Shown: one piece after another, positions 47,417-58,437 of the stretch
Numbering within the stretch: position 1 is the first letter of the stretch
Layout: each line of letters begins with the position of its first letter
Source of the DNA: an uncultured Candidatus Binatia bacterium
GTDB taxonomy: Bacteria; Desulfobacterota; Binatia; UBA9968; JAJDTQ01
Assembly: GCA_965215605.1 (NCBI GenBank)
Contig: OZ244070.1
Span: 160,001-224,000, forward strand
Length of the DNA stretch: 64,000 bases
Direction of reading: 5' to 3'
The notes under the pieces: generated by a model
Seen by the model: only the letters and a program-made list of their open reading frames with translations
Databases searched by the model: none
What the model was told of the DNA's origin: nothing
Program-made: the position numbers and the translations under genes

Positions 47417-48457
47417 CTACTGGTAGAGCGCCTGGATACGCTTCGTCCACGCGTCCTTGTTGTTGCTGACCTCGTTGGCGATGATCTCCGGCGCCTTGGC
47501 GAAGAACTTGACGCCTTCGAGCTCCTTGATGAGGGATCCCCTCGGCTTCATGGAGCTGTCGGCCGGGATCAGCCCCTCGTTGACGAAGTGCTTCTGTCCC
47601 TCGGCGCTGATGGCGTAGTCCATGAAGAGCTTGGCGGCGTTGGGGTGGGGAGCCTTCCCATGAATCGCCAGCATGTTGGGCCACCAGATGGCCGGTTCCC
47701 GGAACGTGGAGTAGCCGAGCCCTGGATAGCTTCGGCCGAAGGTGAACGGCGTGTACGGCAGGGTGAAGATGCCCAGGGGAAACTCCTTGAGACCCACCGC
47801 CTGGTGGAGCGGCCCCCACTTGGGCTCGTAGCGCCCTACGTTGACCTTGAACGCCTTCCAGTAGCTGGCCCACTTCTCCTCGTTGCCGCCGAACCACGCC
47901 TGCAAGGACGCGATGTGCACGAGATAGTTGGACCCGAGCCACGGCGTGCGCGAGATGATCTTGCCCTTGTACTTGGGCTTGATCAGCTCCTGGATGCTGC
48001 GAGGCGCCTGCTCCGGCGGGATCAGCTCCTTGTTGTAGGACGCTCCCACCACGTGGATGAACACCGGCACCAGGTTCCAGTCCTTCGGCAGCGCCTTCAT
48101 GTGATGCGCGACCTTCTCGTAGCCGGCGGGCTTGTAGGGCTGGGTCAGGTGGTTGAGCCCGCTCAGCGGCCCCGGGGAGGCGCCGAACATGTCGATGGCG
48201 GATATCCCCGCCTGGGACTCCTGGCTCACCGTGCGGAGAACGCCGGGCGCGCCCACGTAGGTGCCCTCCACCGTGATGCCGTATTTCTTCTGGAAGGATT
48301 CGGCGGCCTTCCTGAAGCTGGAGAACGTGATCAGCCGCAGCTTGCCTTCCTTCTTGGCCGCGGCGATCAGCTCGGCACTCGACGCCAGCGCCATGCCGGA
48401 AAGGCACAGAACCAAGCCGAGTGACAACGCCATCGTCTTTGTGATCAAGCTTCGCAT
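47417..48457 (-). CDS. Extracellular solute-binding protein (Fe3+/thiamine-type ABC family)
   Basis: Signal peptide; AAKKEGKL, YNKELI and APHPNAAKLFMDY.IS.EGQ motifs. Confidence 0.88.
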   Translation of the reverse strand: MRSLITKTMALSLGLVLCLSGMALASSAELIAAAKKEGKLRLITFSSFRKAAESFQKKYGITVEGTYVGAPGVLRTVSQESQAGISAIDMFGASPGPLSGLNHLTQPYKPAGYEKVAHHMKALPKDWNLVPVFIHVVGASYNKELIPPEQAPRSIQELIKPKYKGKIISRTPWLGSNYLVHIASLQAWFGGNEEKWASYWKAFKVNVGRYEPKWGPLHQAVGLKEFPLGIFTLPYTPFTFGRSYPGLGYSTFREPAIWWPNMLAIHGKAPHPNAAKLFMDYAISAEGQKHFVNEGLIPADSSMKPRGSLIKELEGVKFFAKAPEIIANEVSNNKDAWTKRIQALYQ

Positions 48458-48542
48458 GGTACCTCCCTCGATCCGTCACAAACTTTGCCGCCAGACTATA
48501 GAGCGGCAGGGGTAGGCGTCAAGACCTCACCCTCCCCCCTCC

Positions 48543-48579
48543 GGATCCCGGATCAAGCCTGGCCCGTGGTCCGGGATGA
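48543..48579. repeat. REP-like hairpin (GGATCCCGGATCAAG...TCCGGGATGA)
   Basis: ATCCCGGA/TCCGGGAT inverted repeat with TCAAG in the loop; intergenic. Confidence 0.55.
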
Positions 48580-48584
48580 TGGGG

Positions 48585-49469
48585 TCACGAAACGAACGCG
48601 GTGGAAAGGTCCACCCGCCCCTCCAGCCGGCCCGTCTCGATGAGCATCTCCATGGTGGCTTCCGCTTCCTTGCGCTCGGTGTCGGTGAAGGTGAACTCGA
48701 TCCTGGGGTAGCCGGCGGAGGCCAGGATGTCCTGCTTGTCGCCGCCGTACCTGGCGATGAACTTGTCGGCCACCTCCTCCAGATGAGCGTCGCTGTAGGC
48801 GATGGACTTGCGGCACGCGTCGAGGATCTGGCCGGCGAACTCCGGATGCTCGGCCAACAGGTCCTCGCGGGTGGCGAGCATGTGCTTGATGATCTCCGGC
48901 AGGCCGTGGAGGCCGCGCCAGGCGTCGCCGTCGGTGTAGAGGCAGCGGACATCGGGGTCCTTCTCGCCGTGCCAGAAGACCTGGTCGATGAGCGTCACGG
49001 CGTCGGCCTTGCCCTCCTTGAGGATCGCCACGAGCTCCTCCTGGGGATGGGACTCCCAGCGGATGCTGGAGTCGTCCACCTTGTAGTGCTTGCGCAGAAG
49101 GAAGCAGTGCATGGCGTGGGGGTCGGAGTGGTGGCTGGCGATGAGACGGCCCTCCAGGTCCTTGGGGGTCTGGACCGGGCCGTCCTTGAGCACGAAGACG
49201 CCGTTGCCCTTGGAGGTGGACTTCCACTCCGTGGACAGGCCCACGATGGGGGCGCCGCCGAGCTTCCGCTTGAGAAAGTTCGGCAGATAGACGTTGGCGA
49301 ACGCCACCTCGCCCCGGATCAGCACCTCCTCCAGCTCGTGGCTGGGCGGGTCGGCCACCTCGATGACCTTCAGGTCGAAGCCCTCGGGTTTCACGATGCC
49401 CTCCGCCAAGGCGTAGTAGGTGCGGAACATGCAGAAACGATTGCGGTAGTGTGCGAGTGTCAGTTCCAT
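48585..49469 (-). CDS. Periplasmic-binding-protein-fold protein without signal peptide (NMT1/MqnA-MqnD-like)
   Basis: KDLEGR.IA and L.EG.ADAV PBP-II features; no N-terminal hydrophobic signal. Confidence 0.65.
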   Translation of the reverse strand: MELTLAHYRNRFCMFRTYYALAEGIVKPEGFDLKVIEVADPPSHELEEVLIRGEVAFANVYLPNFLKRKLGGAPIVGLSTEWKSTSKGNGVFVLKDGPVQTPKDLEGRLIASHHSDPHAMHCFLLRKHYKVDDSSIRWESHPQEELVAILKEGKADAVTLIDQVFWHGEKDPDVRCLYTDGDAWRGLHGLPEIIKHMLATREDLLAEHPEFAGQILDACRKSIAYSDAHLEEVADKFIARYGGDKQDILASAGYPRIEFTFTDTERKEAEATMEMLIETGRLEGRVDLSTAFVS

Positions 49470-49481
49470 GGGGACTCCTGA

Positions 49482-50723
49482 TCAGTCCAGGCCCAGCTCC
49501 GCGCGAGTCTTGCTGCAGATGTCCAGGGCCGCCAAGGCGTAGACGCTGCTGCAGCGGATCATGTTGTTGATGCCGACGCCGCGGCGGGTGCCGGACGGCC
49601 GGTCCCATTCGGCGCCGGTCTCCTGCTCGTCCGGATCCACCAGGTGGGTGCCGAAGCCGGCGCCGTAGGTGATCACCGACACGCCGTACTGGTTGATGCG
49701 CGAGCCGTCGCTGGTAATGCCGTAGCGCACAGGCTCGGAGAACTCCATGTCCCTGCCGTCGTTGACCTCCTTGTGGGCCCCGCCCATGGCCTGGACCACG
49801 TAGTCGGTCTCGGGGATCTCGTAGCCGTCGGTGGTGAGGTAGAGCTTCACCTTGGTGGTGATGTCCCCTTCCCTGGCGGCAACGGCCGCGGCGACCTTCT
49901 CCAGCTCCCGCTGGATCTTCATGGTGGGCACGTGGGGCAGGGTCTTGACGATGACGTAGATCTTGCACACCGGGTTGGTGCCGGGCTTGAAGGGATTGCC
50001 GCCGTCGATGGCGCCGATCTGGACGGTGGGAAGCATGAACGGATGCGGGAACATTTTCTGGTAGTCGGCCTCCCACGCCTGTATCGCCTTGGCCACCTCG
50101 GCGGCCTTCAGGACAAAGGTCTTGGCCGGCCCTTCCACGGTCACCTCGGCCCACGCCAACCCGGCGTTGCCGATCTGCATGCGCAGTCCCGTGGGCTCGC
50201 CGATGATGCACATGTCGGCGGTGACCCCGTGGTCCATGAGGTAGCGCGCACCCACGCCCGCGCCCCGGTAACTCTTGCCGTGGAAGCGGTTGACCTGGGC
50301 CTTCTCGATCTCGCCCACCACGCCGGAGATGATGACGTCGCCCTTGAGCTCCGCCTTGGCCTTCACCAGCATGTCCACCGCGGTGATGTAGCAGGGAAAC
50401 GCGCACTTCATGTTCACCAGGCCGCGCCCGTAAACCCGGTCCTCCGTCACCCGGGTGGGCTCGGGGTTGTCGAAGTGGTCCATGTGTCCGTTGAACATCA
50501 ACACCGGCCCCTCGCCGGAGCCCCTTAACGTGCCGATGACGTTGGGCCGCCCCTCCTCCACCTCCTGGTACTCCACCTCCATGCCCAGGCGCTCGAACTC
50601 GCGTCCCAGATACTCTGCCACCGGCGCTTCCTCACCCGTTATCGTGACGATATCGGCAAGGTCCCGGGTCATTTCCACCAGATGCGCGCGGTCGAGTTGC
50701 GCCAAAACCTGCTTGCTGTCCAT
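49482..50723 (-). CDS. M20/ArgE-family metallohydrolase
   Basis: RPNVIG, FNGHMD, YGRG..NMK and GEPT motifs. Confidence 0.85.
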   Translation of the reverse strand: MDSKQVLAQLDRAHLVEMTRDLADIVTITGEEAPVAEYLGREFERLGMEVEYQEVEEGRPNVIGTLRGSGEGPVLMFNGHMDHFDNPEPTRVTEDRVYGRGLVNMKCAFPCYITAVDMLVKAKAELKGDVIISGVVGEIEKAQVNRFHGKSYRGAGVGARYLMDHGVTADMCIIGEPTGLRMQIGNAGLAWAEVTVEGPAKTFVLKAAEVAKAIQAWEADYQKMFPHPFMLPTVQIGAIDGGNPFKPGTNPVCKIYVIVKTLPHVPTMKIQRELEKVAAAVAAREGDITTKVKLYLTTDGYEIPETDYVVQAMGGAHKEVNDGRDMEFSEPVRYGITSDGSRINQYGVSVITYGAGFGTHLVDPDEQETGAEWDRPSGTRRGVGINNMIRCSSVYALAALDICSKTRAELGLD

Positions 50724-50750
50724 GTGATCGAACCTCCTTGATTGCTATGA

Positions 50751-51146
50751 TCAATCTTTTTGATGTTTTAAAGATGCCGAATTAATACAATACCTTAGGT
50801 ATGTCGGGGCCGGACCGTCGTCGAATACATGCCCCAGATGGGCATCACAGACGCTGCACAGCACCTCGACCCGACGCATGCCGAAGGCGCGGTCCTCCTC
50901 GGTGGCCACGTTCTCCTCGTTCACCGGCGCCCAGAAGCTCGGCCATCCGGTACCCGAGTCGAACTTGGTGGCGGCGTCAAACAGGTCCGTGCCACAGCAC
51001 ACGCAACCGTAGACGCCAGGCTCCTTGGAGCCGTTATACTGGCCGGTGAACGGCCTCTCGGTGGCCTTCTTGCGGGTGACCTGAAACTGCTCGTCGGTGA
51101 GCTGCTGGCGCCATTCCTCGTCGGTCTTGGTGACTTTATCCTTCAT
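50751..51146 (-). CDS. msrB: Peptide-methionine (R)-S-oxide reductase
   Basis: [25 protein letters not shown] and RYCINS motifs. Confidence 0.96.
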   Translation of the reverse strand: MKDKVTKTDEEWRQQLTDEQFQVTRKKATERPFTGQYNGSKEPGVYGCVCCGTDLFDAATKFDSGTGWPSFWAPVNEENVATEEDRAFGMRRVEVLCSVCDAHLGHVFDDGPAPTYLRYCINSASLKHQKD

Positions 51147-51264
51147 CGAACGTCGTCCTCCCGCAGTATCCGTGTCTACCGTCAGGCTTAATGATATAGG
51201 ACTTTCACGGCAAGAATGCGAATCGGCGGGGCGTCTCGTCCCGGCCCGTCACCTCCCCCGCGCA

Positions 51265-52152
51265 TCATTTCACGATCAGCAGGGCCGTGCCGAGCACGAT
51301 GCCGATGGCCCCCACCGCCACCTTCCAATTGACCGACTCGTGGGCCTGCAGGAATATCCAGGACACCAGCAGCACGAACAGAGGCCGAGCCTGGGCGATG
51401 GGCTGCACCACCACCAACGGCGCGTACCTGAGCGCGAAATAGCCGCAGGTGGTGCCGATGGCGGACACCAGCCCCACCAACCATATGTATCGCCAATGCC
51501 GGGACGACCAGTCCGCGACGCTGCGCAGCGGCCGGTTGGGGATGGCGGGCAGGAAACTCGGCAGCGCGATGAGGCTCGCGTAGAAGTTGGCGCCCAGGGG
51601 CGACGAGAACTCGTGAACCACCATCCTGGTCAGGGCCGCCGACAGGGCCATGGCGAAGGCGCTGCCCAGGGCAAAGGCCATCCCGGCGACGTGGCGGGTC
51701 CATGCCTGCCCGGCGGCGCCCTGGGCGCGGCTCATGGCCACCAGCACGCAGCCTGCTACCACCAGGATGGCCCCGGCAGTCAGAAGATAGGTCAGGTTCT
51801 CCGCGAGAAAGAACACGCCCAGGAACATGGCGAAGAACACGTTGGTGGCGCTGAAGCTGCTGGCGCGGGCCGCCCCGATGTACTTGATGGCGGTGAACAA
51901 CGTGGTGCGGCCGACGGTGATGCGGAGGATCCCGGCCAGCCCGATCATGAACAGCGGCCATCCCCAGCCCGGGAAGCCCGCGTGCAGGTCGCCGTTCAGG
52001 AGGGCCGCCAACGTCAGTATCACCAGCCCCGTGAACGCCGTGGCCGCCGTGCCCAGCACCGGATCGATGTCGCGGGTCGCCATGCGGCCGAAGATGTCCC
52101 GCAACGCCAGGAAGAACGCCGTCCCCAAGGCATAGACGATGGCGATGTCCAT
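51265..52152 (-). CDS. DMT/EamA family transporter
   Basis: Two EamA-like repeats, about 10 TM segments. Confidence 0.85.
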   Translation of the reverse strand: MDIAIVYALGTAFFLALRDIFGRMATRDIDPVLGTAATAFTGLVILTLAALLNGDLHAGFPGWGWPLFMIGLAGILRITVGRTTLFTAIKYIGAARASSFSATNVFFAMFLGVFFLAENLTYLLTAGAILVVAGCVLVAMSRAQGAAGQAWTRHVAGMAFALGSAFAMALSAALTRMVVHEFSSPLGANFYASLIALPSFLPAIPNRPLRSVADWSSRHWRYIWLVGLVSAIGTTCGYFALRYAPLVVVQPIAQARPLFVLLVSWIFLQAHESVNWKVAVGAIGIVLGTALLIVK

Positions 52153-52285
52153 GACCGTCAGATGTAGCACGCCGGATCGGCTTCGTAAGCAGGGGCGGAC
52201 GGCTGCGGCGGCAGCCTTCGTGGTTGATCGGGCCAACCGAAACCGCTATACCCCTCCCAACCCAACCTCACCGCCGGGAGCCGCC

Positions 52286-52747
52286 ATGAATTTCGAGGGC
52301 ACCATTACCGTAGAGCATCCGCGAGACGCCGTCTGGGACTTCGTGCTGGACATCGACAAGTTCTCCGCCTGCATGCCCGGTCTCGATTCCATCGACAAGA
52401 TCGACGAGACCACCTTCGACGGCGTCATCAGCGCCAAGGTGGGACCCATGGCCGGGAAGTTCAACTTCCGCTCCACCATCACCGACAGCAATCCCAAGGA
52501 AGCCCTCACCGTGAAGATCGAGGGCAACGACTCGGTGACCAAGAGCACGGTGGTGGCGGGCGTGGACGCCCGCATGGAGGAACCCCGGGAGAACTGCACC
52601 GAGCTCAAGTACAACGCGCAGGTTGAGATCAAGGGACGCCTGGCCATCGTCGGCGACATGATACTGCGCGCCACCACCTCGCTCATCCTGGACGAGTTCA
52701 GGAAGCGGCTGAGCAAGGCGCTGGACGACGAGGCGGCGCAGCCCTAG
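52286..52747 (+). CDS. CoxG/SRPBCC family protein
   Basis: VWDF..D...CMPG, KVGP and GRLA..G motifs. Confidence 0.85.
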   Translation: MNFEGTITVEHPRDAVWDFVLDIDKFSACMPGLDSIDKIDETTFDGVISAKVGPMAGKFNFRSTITDSNPKEALTVKIEGNDSVTKSTVVAGVDARMEEPRENCTELKYNAQVEIKGRLAIVGDMILRATTSLILDEFRKRLSKALDDEAAQP

Positions 52748-52755
52748 CGGGCTGT

Positions 52756-52779
52756 GTAGGCGCGGGTTTCAAACCCGCC
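52756..52779. repeat. GTAG-type REP hairpin
   Basis: GTAG-GC-GCGGGTTT-C-AAACCCGC, intergenic. Confidence 0.6.
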
Positions 52780-52852
52780 GCGCCCAGCCACGCACCGACG
52801 GCCTCCGCAGGCCCCTGAAGCCGTGCGGCCGCGAAACGAAAGGACAGGTTCC

Positions 52853-54370
52853 ATGGCTGAACAATACGATGTCATCATCATCGGCGGAGGCTCCGCGGGC
52901 TGCGCGGCCGCCAGCCGGCTCTCGGAAGACCCCGGGCGAAAGGTGCTGCTGCTGGAGGCGGGGCCGGACCCGCGGCCCATTCCCGAGATGGTGGCCGAGG
53001 CCAAGAACCAGATCCGCCTGCTGATGGAGACCGACTACCTGGCGATGTACCCCAGCCCCCGGGATCTCGACGGCAGCATCTGCTACAAGCTGGCCGGCAG
53101 GATCATGGGCGGCGGCTCGTCGGTGAACGTCATGGCCGCGCCCCGGCCCATGAGGGCCGACATGGACAATTGGGTGGCCGCCGGCAACCCGGACTGGTCC
53201 TGGGAGAACGTCCTGCCCATTCTCAAGCGGCTGGAATCGGACCAGGACTTCCCGGACAGCCCCATTCACGGCAACGACGGGCCGCTGTACGTGAAGCGCC
53301 CCTTCACCTTTGAGACCCCCAACGCCGCCGACCCGGTGCAGGCGTTCATCGAGGCCGGCCAGCAGAAGGGACTGCCGCTCCTGGAGGACACCAACATCCC
53401 CGATGCCGAGGGCGTCGGACACCCGCCCTTCAGCATCAAGGACGGCAAGCGGCAGTCCACGGTGGTGGCCTACCTCGACCCCGCCCGCGGCCGGGAGAAC
53501 CTCACCATCGTGTCCGAGGCCCAGGTCACCCGCCTGGACGTCTCCGGCAACCGCGTGACGGGCGTTCGCTATGAGAAGGACGGCCGTCAGGAGACCGTTT
53601 CCGGCAACCAGGTGGTGGTGAGCGCCGGCGTCTACTACTCGGCCCAACTCCTCATGCTGTCGGGCATCGGCCGCGCCGAGGATCTCAAGAAGGTGGGCAT
53701 CCAGGTGGTCAAGGACGTGCCCGGGGTGGGACAGAACTACCAGGACCACGCGGTGGTGTTCATGACCTTCGAGTGCAAGGAGGATTTCGACGCCGACTGG
53801 ATCATTCCGCGCATCCGCTACATCTACAAGAGCCACGCCGACCGAGACTGCTCCAACTTCCACATCTCGCTACGGCCGCCGACCCAGATCGAGGGCATCA
53901 AGCCCACCATCCCGCTGTCGGCCTCGCTGCTGGAGCAGATGAGCCGCGGCCGTCTCTACCTCCAGAGCAGCGATCCGCGCGAGTTTCCGGTGATCGAGTC
54001 TGCCATGCTGGAGGACCCGCAAGACATCGAATCCATGACCAAGGCCATGTCATTCATCAAGGAGATCACCGAGACCCCGGCCATGCGGGAGCTCTACGGC
54101 GAGCTGCTGACGCCCACCCCGAGCGAAGACTGGGCCAAGTTCGCCCGGGCCACCTACGACAGCTACCACCACGGCGTCGGCACCTGTCTCATGGCCCCGG
54201 CGTCCAACCCGGAGGCGGTGGTGGATCAGAACCTCAAGGTGCACGGCATGGACAACCTCTGGGTCGCCGACGCCTCCATCATGCCTACGGTGGTGCACGC
54301 CAACACCAACGTCACCTGCATCATGATCGGCGAACGTCTGTCGGACTTCGTGAAGGCCGCGGGCGGCTGA
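52853..54370 (+). CDS. GMC family oxidoreductase
   Basis: GGGSAG, GGGSSVN, LLMLSGIG, GQNYQDH, HGVGTC, DASIMP and NTN motifs. Confidence 0.93.
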   Translation: MAEQYDVIIIGGGSAGCAAASRLSEDPGRKVLLLEAGPDPRPIPEMVAEAKNQIRLLMETDYLAMYPSPRDLDGSICYKLAGRIMGGGSSVNVMAAPRPMRADMDNWVAAGNPDWSWENVLPILKRLESDQDFPDSPIHGNDGPLYVKRPFTFETPNAADPVQAFIEAGQQKGLPLLEDTNIPDAEGVGHPPFSIKDGKRQSTVVAYLDPARGRENLTIVSEAQVTRLDVSGNRVTGVRYEKDGRQETVSGNQVVVSAGVYYSAQLLMLSGIGRAEDLKKVGIQVVKDVPGVGQNYQDHAVVFMTFECKEDFDADWIIPRIRYIYKSHADRDCSNFHISLRPPTQIEGIKPTIPLSASLLEQMSRGRLYLQSSDPREFPVIESAMLEDPQDIESMTKAMSFIKEITETPAMRELYGELLTPTPSEDWAKFARATYDSYHHGVGTCLMAPASNPEAVVDQNLKVHGMDNLWVADASIMPTVVHANTNVTCIMIGERLSDFVKAAGG

Positions 54371-54432
54371 GGATCCGACCCCCGGCTGTTGCGGATGAGG
54401 ACTCGGGCGCCGGCGGGCCGTTCCAACGTGGC

Positions 54433-56118
<1,686 letters not shown>

Positions 56119-56208
56119 GCCCCCTCCCGCGGCCGGGTTTGTAAACGCCGCCCGGCAACCCTACTATACTCGTACGACCCGGCTCGTGAAAATCCGCCGG
56201 ACTGCCAC

Positions 56209-56835
56209 ATGACCACCCATCCGCTGCCACCCCAAGCCTTCGCCCGCATGGACGAGTCCCCGGACGAGGAGTTCTACGGGGAACCCCGGCTGGTGACCCA
56301 CATCGACGAGCGCGCCATCGCCGCGGTCACCCAACTCTACCGGGACACGCTGCCGGCGGGCGGCGCCGTCCTGGACGTCATGAGCAGCTGGATCAGCCAT
56401 CTGCCCCCGGAGATGAGCTTCAGGAAGGTCGTGGGGCTGGGCATGAACGAGGAGGAGCTCCGGGCCAACCCCCGTCTCCACGCCTACACCGTCCACAACC
56501 TGAACGACCACCCCGGCCTTCCCTACGCCGACAACGAGTTCGACGCCGCGTGCATCTGCGTCTCCGTGGACTACCTCGTCAACGCGGTTGAGGTCATCCG
56601 TGACATCGGCCGCGTCGTGACCCCCGGCGGGCCGCTGGTCATCACGTTCTCGAACCGCTGCTTCCCTACCAAGGCCGTGGCCATCTGGCACCGGCTCACC
56701 GGCGCGGGACAGCAGCAGCTCGTGGAGTCCTACTTCAGAGAGGCCGGGAACTGGAACGACGTGCGGTCGCTCACGCCCGTCCCCGAGGACTTCCGGGGAG
56801 ACCCCCTCTACGCCGTGCTGGGAAATCGGCGTTAG
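56209..56835 (+). CDS. Class I SAM-dependent methyltransferase
   Basis: FY.EPRLVTHID, LDVMSSWISHLP, SVDYL and FSNRCFPTKA motifs. Confidence 0.88.
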   Translation: MTTHPLPPQAFARMDESPDEEFYGEPRLVTHIDERAIAAVTQLYRDTLPAGGAVLDVMSSWISHLPPEMSFRKVVGLGMNEEELRANPRLHAYTVHNLNDHPGLPYADNEFDAACICVSVDYLVNAVEVIRDIGRVVTPGGPLVITFSNRCFPTKAVAIWHRLTGAGQQQLVESYFREAGNWNDVRSLTPVPEDFRGDPLYAVLGNRR

Positions 56836-56982
56836 CGCCTAACACCTGTGATAGCGGTGAGATCGGTGAGATCGGTGATGCCGATGACGGCCGATCCCGT
56901 GGCGGGGATGGTCATCGCGTCCACGGGCATGGACCGGCCTTGGCGCGCCCGGACGGAGCCAGATTCCGGCCGCCGCGCGACG

Positions 56983-57231
56983 CTAACGCGCCTCCCCCTC
57001 CATAGCCGCCAGCCGTTCCCGCGCCTTGGCCGCGAAGGGACTGTCCGGATGGTCACGCAGGATGCGGTCGTAAAGTTGCCGGGCGTGCTCCCTGTTGTTC
57101 TGGACCTCCTCGAACTGCGCGGTCTCGAACATTTCTTCCGCCCCGTCGCCGCAACCCGCCAGCGGCAGCGCCAGCGTCGAAACCAGCAGCATGCGTAGAC
57201 ACAACATACGTATAGCGCGGAAGGTGGTCAT
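56983..57231 (-). CDS. Small lipoprotein with a TPR-like hairpin
   Basis: Lipobox LAGC followed by ETAQFEE.QNN.EHARQLY..I...HPDS. Confidence 0.7.
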   Translation of the reverse strand: MTTFRAIRMLCLRMLLVSTLALPLAGCGDGAEEMFETAQFEEVQNNREHARQLYDRILRDHPDSPFAAKARERLAAMEGEAR

Positions 57232-57329
57232 TTGCATTGGGCTAATTTGACAGGAACCGGCGATTGTGGCGAACTGAACGCCACATCGCGCATCCATACG
57301 GGCCAAACCTGCGAGCCGGGAGGAGAGCC

Positions 57330-58403
57330 ATGCCGATCATCGACGCCGACGCTCACGTGGTGGAAATCGACGAGACTTGGGAGTATCTCGCTCCCTCCGA
57401 GCGCGAGTACAAGCCCGGGGTGGTCTACGAAAGACTGGAGAACGGCGAGACCCTCAAGTACTGGGTCATCGGCGACAACAAGGTGGGCACGCCCTGGCCC
57501 GGGGGCGGCGCCCGGAGCGACGCCATCACCGGCACCTTCATCGGCAACGTACCGCTGGACGTCAAGGCCAAGTACATGCTGGACGTGGACGCCCGGGTGG
57601 CGCACATGGACGAGCTCGGCACCGACACACAGGTGCTCTTCCCCACTTTGTGGGTGCACCCTCTCACGGACCAGCCGGCGGTGGAGAATGCCCTGTGCTG
57701 GAGCTTCAACCGTTGGATGGCCGACATCTACTCACGGGGCCACGGCCGGTTCCGCTGGGCCGCGGTCGTCTCGCTGAGCGACATCCCGGAAGCGCGCCGG
57801 CAACTGCGTTTCGCCCGGGACCACGGCGCCGTGGCGGTAAACACCTCGGGGCTCGACTACCGCAACCGCCTCATCAACGACCCCGACTTCTTCCCCCTCT
57901 ACGAGGAAGCCAGCGACCTCGACATGCCCGTGTGCATCCACTCGGGAACCAACAGCCCGGACATGGACCGGGTCTGGGGACAGCCCCTGTGCGGCTACCA
58001 GCGCAACAAGTTCGTGGGCCTCGGCGCGTTCCACCTGCTGATCATGTCGAACCTGCCGGACCGCTTCCCGAAGCTCCGCTGGGGCATCATCGAGCTGAGC
58101 GCGGGCTGGCTCCCGTACCTCATCAACGACCTGCGGCGGCGCGTGGAGCGGCGCGGCGGCAAGCTCAAGGAGCGCATCCTGGCCGACAACAACATCTGGG
58201 TCGCAGCCCAGATGAACGACGACCTGGAGCACGTCATCAAGTACGTGGGCGACGACCGCCTGGTCATGGGCACCGACTACGGCCACGCCGACTCCTCCAC
58301 CGAGATCCAGGCGCTGCAACTGCTGCAACGGCACGAGTTCGTCTCCCCCGAGAGCGTCTCGCGCATCCTCTACGACAACCCGGTGGAGCTATACGCGCTG
58401 TAG
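57330..58403 (+). CDS. Amidohydrolase-2 family protein
   Basis: IDADAH, FNRW, CIH and GTDYGH motifs; GGAGG RBS. Confidence 0.9.
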   Translation: MPIIDADAHVVEIDETWEYLAPSEREYKPGVVYERLENGETLKYWVIGDNKVGTPWPGGGARSDAITGTFIGNVPLDVKAKYMLDVDARVAHMDELGTDTQVLFPTLWVHPLTDQPAVENALCWSFNRWMADIYSRGHGRFRWAAVVSLSDIPEARRQLRFARDHGAVAVNTSGLDYRNRLINDPDFFPLYEEASDLDMPVCIHSGTNSPDMDRVWGQPLCGYQRNKFVGLGAFHLLIMSNLPDRFPKLRWGIIELSAGWLPYLINDLRRRVERRGGKLKERILADNNIWVAAQMNDDLEHVIKYVGDDRLVMGTDYGHADSSTEIQALQLLQRHEFVSPESVSRILYDNPVELYAL

Positions 58404-58437
58404 CGTGACGCGACCTGAGGTCTCAGGAGTTCAACAC

